IMG/VR virus record: IMGVR_UViG_3300031521_000009
DNA from: a virus
DNA: 64,000 nt
Direction: 5' to 3' (one strand)
Shown here piece after piece: positions 60,001 through 64,000 of this stretch. The position numbers were made by a program, and so were the translations under genes. Every line of letters starts with the position of its first letter. Positions within the stretch are counted from its first letter, which is position 1. The notes beneath the pieces were generated by a model, which searched no databases, was not told where the DNA came from, and saw nothing but the letters and a program-made list of their open reading frames with translations.

Positions 60001-63000
60001 TTCAAAAGCAATATCAGACTTGTCAGTATTCATTTCTGATACACGATTGGCAAATTCACCATTATTGATTTGATTGTATAGGTTCTTCAACTGTTTGTTT
60101 GAACCATATACACCACGAAGTCCCATAACAATATCTTTCAAGAAACTCTTGAATTGATTGTATAAACGCAAAGCAATATTTACATTCTTGTCTTTGGTAG
60201 TCACGCGCTTTTGTTTTGCATAATCTCTAGCAATCCATTCTTCAAGTTCTTTATCACCATTGATAGGTGTTCCTTGTTCATACTTGTTGATTACTTGGGC
60301 CGCTTGTAATAGCATTGCTTTAGCATCAGCATTTATGAAGTTACGATAGACAACATGTAGTATTTCATGATCAGCTGTAGAACGTGGCATCATACCATTC
60401 TCTGCAGCTAATGTCATGATAGTATTGTTTTGTACCATACCGCTTGCAGAAATACCATTCAAACGTATCTTTCCCTCTTGTGTAAGGAATAGTTCAGATT
60501 CAGTATAAGACTGTCCTAAACCTAAAGCAACACGCTCAATAGATTGTTGTACCGGTTCCATATCAGGAGAAGAGAATTGCGTTTCTTCAAGTCCGATATT
60601 TGGAAGCTTTTTCTTTCCAGGTTTATTAGCCGGTGGTGTTGGTGGAGTTATTGGTGCTACCTTATCAAGACCTACATAGAATGATTTATTGTTTATGCCC
60701 GAAGCTTGTACATTAAGCATATCAATAGTTTCTTTACCATTGACATGAGTAGTATAAGTTTCATTGTTTAATGTCAAAAAATCATATAGTCCGGACATAG
60801 CAAGATTATCCTTTTTCGAAAGGAAATCACTTAATGCTTTATACTGTGAATCAAAACCACTATTACGATCTTTATCAGTCTTGAATGAATCAAGATTAAT
60901 ATCTAAGAACGTTTTACTTTTTTGCTGGATTTTAATAAATGAAAAGATTGCTTTATCAGTTGCCTGAGTAGAGTTCTTTAGATTAGAAAGGTTTGCACGA
61001 AGTAATTTATAAATAGTAGTTTTTGAGAATGCTGTTTGTTTAGCTTTCCATTTTTCTTCATCAGAAAGAATTGTTTCAGATAATATTTCTTGAGAGATAA
61101 AATCCTCTTCTGCTTTGATACGTTCAATAACAGAATCCATAGAAGCATTTGCGCGCTGTTTAATGGTTTCATTCTTGCTAGTAATAGACTGACTGAACTT
61201 AGGCATTTGTACTACTAAGCGAATACTTTCATTGCTATTTAATTGAACATTTAATCGTAGTCGCCCATCAATGTACAATGGAGTAATATCAGTTTGTGCG
61301 CCAGGGAAGTCTTTCAACAAATCAGTTACTGTTGTCAAATCACTTTCATTGTTTGAATATTCTATTTTACGAATACCCATATCATGAAAATCAACATTTA
61401 CCTTATTAGTAATACTTGCATGAGTATCATAGATAGACATGTTCATATCACGTTGTTTAATCAATTCTGATTGAACCGGTGCAAAAATAGGATTATTGAT
61501 AACAGCATTCCATGAATCTACTAACCGTTGTTTTTCATTTTTTTGTTTTTCAAGTTCTGTTTCCTTTACATCAAATGAAGTATAAGAAATCTTGCCACTA
61601 CCATCAATACTGATAACTGATGGTAATGTCATAGAACCAATAGCACTAGAGAACTTTCCATTGTTTAATCCCGGCATAGTAAATATATCATTGATGATAG
61701 AATACACAGGTATATCCATTGCTTTTATAGATGTACCACTAGGATTTGTTGAATGCTTTTTGATAATGGCATTTACATAATCTTCAGCAATGGTTCCCAT
61801 AAAAATATCTTTGATTGCTTGCAACTGCTCTCCTACAAATCCTTTGTTAGTTGGATCAAATGAAAGAACAATCATATCGTATTTTGCAGTCTTGTTATCC
61901 TTATCCCATCCGGTAGTATTTTGTTTCTCCGCTTTTAATTGAAACAAGTGTTTATACTGTGATAGGTTCGATATAAAGGCATCATTTATTGCACGACGTA
62001 ACTTACCATTCTTTTGACTTAAACTATCACTAGCGCCAACTAAAGTAGCACTGGTCGCCCAAAAGATATGTGACTTACCTTTGTTCTTATCGAATATAGC
62101 TGTAGAGTTGTTCAAGAAGCGTTCACGTGATAACTGACTTACTTCATTTGGAACAATTGGTTTTACTTCTTCAATGATTGAAGTAGGTACCGAGAAATCC
62201 TCGTTATCTGATAATACTGTTGATACTGTTTGATTATCGTCAGGATATATGCCGGTTATCTCATATTGAGTAGAACCATCAGAGAATACAGATTCTTTGA
62301 TAGAAAGCAATTGGAACATATCTTTCTCATTATTATCAAAATATGATTCTCCAACCTTTAATGCTATTCCTTTATGTTGATAATCTTCAACAGAATTTTC
62401 TTCTACCAAAGTAACTGGTTCATTTGTTTCTGCAGTAGTACGAAGTGTACTTTCAAAACCAGTAATATGTTTGATAAGATTATCTTTAATAGAAATATTT
62501 GGATCAATAGTATTATTGAATTTTGTTTGACCATTCCAACTGATAGAAAGAACATTACGATTACCAACTTTCTTTATTTCCCAATTAGCATCTACTATTG
62601 CAGTATCTACTAAATCACCATTAGCATCAAAATAATTAATCTTTAATCCTACTTCTTTACCCGAAGTCTGATTTTGATTTCCATTACTAGGATTCGGAGT
62701 GGTCACTGTAGGCTTAGAAATGGGTGCTGTTGGCACTTTCTGAGCTTCCATGCTCATACTATTCATATCAGTATTCAGACCTTGTAAACGCAATGTTTCA
62801 ATAGCTATGAATTTCTCCTTTTGTTGCAGCTGAATAGCATTCATTGCTTCTTCCGGTAAACCAGTAGATGCAGCAAGAGAACGGTCAACATTCAAAGAAG
62901 TATCTCCTACCATACCATACCAAGAACTAGAACGACCAATAGCAGTATAAAGTGCTGATGCCATTAAACTTGTAGTAATAGGTTTTGCTATCTGACTACT

Positions 63001-64000
63001 ATCAGACTGTCTGAATACTACATAGATTTCTTTCTGACGTAATCCTTGCAATAGTTTGTTGTCATTGACACCACGACGTAAAGCAAAATAGATTTTATCC
63101 TTATTTGCTTCTACTTGTTTTTTAAGCGTATCGTTGTCTTTAGTAAATGCATCAAGTGCATCCTGATCCAAGAATATAGCTGCTCTATCCGGATTGGTAG
63201 TAAGACCATCCATAAATGAGTTCCATACATCCATATGACTAGCAAAGAAACGAGCTCCAAGCTTAGTCTTACCACTAATATCTTCTGTTACCTTATCAAA
63301 CTTTACTATTCTACCAATGGCACCAATCGCCGGGCGACAAGCTTCTGCAAGTTGACGAAGTAATGGTGAAGTAGCACTGAATTGCTCAGTAAGCATATGA
63401 GTAGTCATAGTCTGCAACATCATCAAAGGATAATGACCTACAGAACCGGCATCACGCATTTGAAATACATCACCCATGAATATCAATTTGGCTTTTGTAT
63501 TTACAAAATGTTCTTTGATAGCTTTCATTTCATTTTCAGAAACAAGAGAAGCTTCATCAATAACATAAGTATTCCCTTCTGCAGTACTTAAACTCTTTAA
63601 TCCTTTGATAAAATCAGTATATGATATCACTGTTGGATTCTCAGCACCAAAAGATTGTTTATGTACTTTAGAAAGCTCTTCCGTAATACTTACTACTGTC
63701 AGTTTACCTACTGATGATTTTTTATCAGTACTATATCCATCAAGCCCGCGAAGTATTCTAAATGCTCTTCCTACAGTGAACTGTGTCTTGCCAGTACCAT
63801 AGTCACCACCAATAGTCAATGCATTGCTTAGATAGTTTTCTATGAAGTGATGGCCACCCTTTTCAGTAGCTACTGAATGCATAGGTAAAAAGTAATTTGC
63901 AAATAACGACAAAGGACTTGTAAGCGTTTTATTGCTTAAAAGTCCAACTATTGAATTGATTGCAGCTTCTTGTTCTCCCGTTTCTAATGGTGTATTTGAC
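51070..64000 (-). CDS. Giant virion RNA polymerase polyprotein (SF1 helicase-like + zincin + double-psi beta-barrel RNAP), 5' truncated
   Basis: Frame stays open to the window edge (SNTPLETGEQEAAINSI...). Helicase motifs GDYGTGKT, IDEAS, GDVFQ, LYTAIGR; ADHEILH; catalytic-type SRVP...NDSDYDIDAL (~54665-54795). Confidence 0.85.
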   Translation of the reverse strand, partial: SNTPLETGEQEAAINSIVGLLSNKTLTSPLSLFANYFLPMHSVATEKGGHHFIENYLSNALTIGGDYGTGKTQFTVGRAFRILRGLDGYSTDKKSSVGKLTVVSITEELSKVHKQSFGAENPTVISYTDFIKGLKSLSTAEGNTYVIDEASLVSENEMKAIKEHFVNTKAKLIFMGDVFQMRDAGSVGHYPLMMLQTMTTHMLTEQFSATSPLLRQLAEACRPAIGAIGRIVKFDKVTEDISGKTKLGARFFASHMDVWNSFMDGLTTNPDRAAIFLDQDALDAFTKDNDTLKKQVEANKDKIYFALRRGVNDNKLLQGLRQKEIYVVFRQSDSSQIAKPITTSLMASALYTAIGRSSSWYGMVGDTSLNVDRSLAASTGLPEEAMNAIQLQQKEKFIAIETLRLQGLNTDMNSMSMEAQKVPTAPISKPTVTTPNPSNGNQNQTSGKEVGLKINYFDANGDLVDTAIVDANWEIKKVGNRNVLSISWNGQTKFNNTIDPNISIKDNLIKHITGFESTLRTTAETNEPVTLVEENSVEDYQHKGIALKVGESYFDNNEKDMFQLLSIKESVFSDGSTQYEITGIYPDDNQTVSTVLSDNEDFSVPTSIIEEVKPIVPNEVSQLSRERFLNNSTAIFDKNKGKSHIFWATSATLVGASDSLSQKNGKLRRAINDAFISNLSQYKHLFQLKAEKQNTTGWDKDNKTAKYDMIVLSFDPTNKGFVGEQLQAIKDIFMGTIAEDYVNAIIKKHSTNPSGTSIKAMDIPVYSIINDIFTMPGLNNGKFSSAIGSMTLPSVISIDGSGKISYTSFDVKETELEKQKNEKQRLVDSWNAVINNPIFAPVQSELIKQRDMNMSIYDTHASITNKVNVDFHDMGIRKIEYSNNESDLTTVTDLLKDFPGAQTDITPLYIDGRLRLNVQLNSNESIRLVVQMPKFSQSITSKNETIKQRANASMDSVIERIKAEEDFISQEILSETILSDEEKWKAKQTAFSKTTIYKLLRANLSNLKNSTQATDKAIFSFIKIQQKSKTFLDINLDSFKTDKDRNSGFDSQYKALSDFLSKKDNLAMSGLYDFLTLNNETYTTHVNGKETIDMLNVQASGINNKSFYVGLDKVAPITPPTPPANKPGKKKLPNIGLEETQFSSPDMEPVQQSIERVALGLGQSYTESELFLTQEGKIRLNGISASGMVQNNTIMTLAAENGMMPRSTADHEILHVVYRNFINADAKAMLLQAAQVINKYEQGTPINGDKELEEWIARDYAKQKRVTTKDKNVNIALRLYNQFKSFLKDIVMGLRGVYGSNKQLKNLYNQINNGEFANRVSEMNTDKSDIAFESYEDSTTSEETVMSTNESSNKRLLIASQMEEALKKELYNTESLVLAKSGLKMSIIQNSVFSNTKNSNINSLSESINSIVEEAKEYQELYGETMATVITQNEQGELEENQMSVKDIVESGQPLNIKLSDINGRNSIDAYKIYSDKNVRMIVQTMLPSYDMMNDSFEKEVGAGERFDWDGYSSEQNVSDIQKLYLSSIPLINTNGSAVLDARVKVKFLDQKQVHSLMIDLGMRVSQMEGVTDKVAALKSIMEGFIENSEIDESNRYLNPAAEAIHSMYNYMFEAKGKGSDFSLDYSNHYISEENYDGRYKGLLERAYQNEQEWKQEVGAQNSGATWSWDIRQEDQKRKIEQAKDLLNSLVSVYTSFNVKDQVKFTYYDDTMKSTHYYKDFWRGTAEEIKRIQGYKILNGELNTNSISFFKENMSIDYTDIKVSRYNNATNKTNFLKYENGRFKFANKEGVIATSKKFGNTTMSPFSTDMLNTKGEYAHIVDIFNRIKGQFALKGISPAMFKSMMVANSWSEVTDNMKTINKIGYVSNFNSEIQANYATPSDFMADYMGAVITLYNQYSKNYVEETFKANEDINQPAKKVIIQRNLLNHIRYNTKESLSPLTRIQSIVGSDIVLGFLNRTTPKNLITFEVQPDIVENEEIANDVSSIRYVTPEDMFVSSNMIASMQQKLGGQTNDTHRYTAKGTATYSVALKTTLNEEFDAFKQDPTDTTKVTGFIESIGENRSLGFTSIGKTKIDTSDFIDTSINMFMQEMVKSKARPVIYVPTTTVSDTGKIIFAKVESTLISTDNGFNIDYSVAGTEVLREYDKIKKRINTSRLNLNNALMEINKSLSTKTKFLNAPAENNEAHFTKGLRKQMIDVSKEAQANGTFDQLRNMFDATSLTKDLSGKGNYELSYEKVDGVEVIVPGNAVTGKIDHFAMINKTNAIEKIRNLTNDVKSGKVESLPKLERAIMRLFENDFAKFTDMIANYGFKPVQSMNNLTKNTIGDKNPTNTTDKNPYYQQLEKSEIRFNQPMFGFYMATLFANNHIDDFSLNPFSFKNYLDKVKRNGPIHTPAQSVLTQGTKEVIQNNVKYQLHTPTLTAESPIVFYRDNMINGGNTWQMINGEKVFSTDGNEIEPENGQITINPFHYLQTLNSIGGTKTVIGNASMYKGLTNFRRADGTYSQIKRGDKVITGFDMQHTYYRNMFMRMLTETDRQLVARVGEESFVENKLSFTDKFKELYDDVNNRKDFDEIIVDMMGWIDNQQYYQDRITINPDGIERAGHMYNSIVAFMAPISTQKGSITSVNTYDALNDFDYSQPLNMDVVDNTKTKIVMNPSQDTDINAKLQAAPSQQDATGLGVSNNSEISSLYSAYMENKQGLQTALRKELEESISKYGNVEAAKQFKNIDWFKYDVATLTEQQKSEIDPAIKQLMDFMRDRVVNSLRTSGQDMAFIELFSDMDVSMQLPMMRSKVLQSYRNMANQSIQARTKGIRLTQTVGEYLEEFVRDGKIYSRNDAINELRPGTNYRDYSFDEYHSDAMNQELAAAGFTMQRLQDMNIVDGKTTVGHISMPNIYAKVYGHRSSESLIDIQHINLGTERIALDSSNLYNKLMAGLSDDADMSLNQWSAFVDSPMIRKAIKNLKIETYVDELLNPSVDNDGKRFISKRIANLIDSNREMTTDELQSEVNATNESILEAINSMELQSTDLANPDKVIAALMGSGEILEQVLTEAQQLLKDFEESNTSFLSRVPATFLGSGGVFKTAMFHNGGNVVYIPTGMTLRNDSDYDIDALTMYSNSLDSKGHIVQKGADGHRNKMNALRNAITLHSGNQESLFLTSSLDKINEVMKQKEKLVDNLQNNSIRSIYESYSRNKAGADAIGILANSLTVSSIIISSSVNKFVETGTHSGIQNFINENAPKGRIKTGLNGFVIELGTWGQGALDNAKNNTFANYAISPVGINILAVLKLNGMNNSEVYDFFNNKNIRNLFHAYSGKTSIMTKSADFNLWKMASTEVEKIASRIEHFNNSNVSEWLESKGLSWKSNVHDTEKYSMELETTDALLQQSVDDILMKELSSYYKNNKEAFKNSPYDFTGSEKEQSLEQWKKDNGFDDENLFSYKNNKVVFDKTDASTFDIKELDNLSPEAASELKLMVRSRANINIARTDIQGLRYMKMVPKLSVTADALYRLSTIMGMRNGIPSLDKDFRTMINTVQQTIGMSLQEYNSNPASDMNVAKHMAYYTMNNDAYNKEQDEKKKAFMFSQEQLVANEINMGKLIKNLPQIDYILQELYRQELITKQSFMADNDAIEKDIVKSFLKKQNRTTLNFGGEVAAVSTAINDIMLDKYYATIGESAIMKGQYIYQAVGNTYENPSQNLDLSSLFDRQSFVKNFPQFMMDIVEHSDNIDYLNKTVQSELPAEEWIRFASNPLIKLFTIGGKFDVKLLLDVNTKEMTEQRVAQLKDYFNSLPKEYKEMLINYEIIANRMSYRQGSLLQVIGVDFYKGPISKVYNDTYAELRSSLGLDSLVPNKYRKSVTFNSDIRERIYDYLGLQPEFAQYLSPKSVVNENSPKYAYQFETKTIDGEKVNTGHRINLKLNENNAYEVFRNITSLGMSTMAGENMTSELRSFQTTPEEEYNLSLANRDNNDLILHQGSRAWVSEGQFLYTRSGKLVRVIKVKGTNFEYRLANDSDITYRMEQKEIDTQRRNNRIQLKEGTLQHSIFDPNAISLTENDVTKPMEYKVKGNMFLSQLNINTLTNDGVETRISIFDNKNKFNSINEVLDAYKYKVLSTIGEKTKNFPWDLKNYQSKEHRRNKINKYIRNLVDDVQVVETEKNANEIKQIKIAMAQLNFKQSLIVKALVQARALAYISSQGKNMVEQLTNKISSTDFLANQKTTFNKEVEDMSVGITTYGKVSRSAIVEMINPAVRSEMKGTESKRSEMLNTLEGSLELFDTEIAKKDSKKEVANGEPAIGISAQDNESDNNDEKNKCK

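Noticed and set aside
53330-63802. Many short ORFs overlapping the giant RNAP gene (likewise within TerL, the fibre, helicases and DnaB)
   Set aside because: Antisense or alternate-frame shadows of long, motif-bearing genes, with no motifs or leaders of their own.
1-64000. Stop-codon reassignment (TAG/TGA recoding seen in some Crassvirales)
   Set aside because: The giant ORFs are open in the standard code, genes end with TAA, TAG and TGA at sensible boundaries, and I saw no suppressor tRNA.

Overview
About 64 kb of an AT-rich crAss-like (Crassvirales-type) dsDNA phage genome, most likely infecting Bacteroidota, read in the standard genetic code. There are three blocks. (1) 1-13746, minus strand: SSB, tail fibre with an S74-type chaperone, lysis cassette, large terminase, and a portal gene that runs off the left edge and is missing from the ORF track. 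(2) 13996-46202, mostly plus strand: the early/replication/accessory block, with Dda/RecD-like helicase, host-like DnaB, RNase H, ParB, N6-MTase, SMC-like ATPase, PD-(D/E)xK nucleases, RusA, candidate anti-defence genes (DUF2829/Tad2, PcfK/AcrIIA9, MazG-like), two aberrant tRNA-like RNAs and a large structured non-coding region. No DNA polymerase or primase is recognisable there. (3) 46376-64000, minus strand: giant virion/ejection proteins, including a >4300-aa helicase-zincin-RNA polymerase fusion cut by the right edge. The most interesting candidate system is a small peptide, a 4-TM membrane protein and an unannotated 59-aa ORF directly upstream of the lysis genes. The 59-aa protein is a paralogue, lacking the HTH domain, of an HTH regulator 12 kb away, which itself precedes a palindrome-bearing promoter and a Gly-rich 'CCC' cassette. 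Family calls come from motif recognition by eye; no database searches were run.
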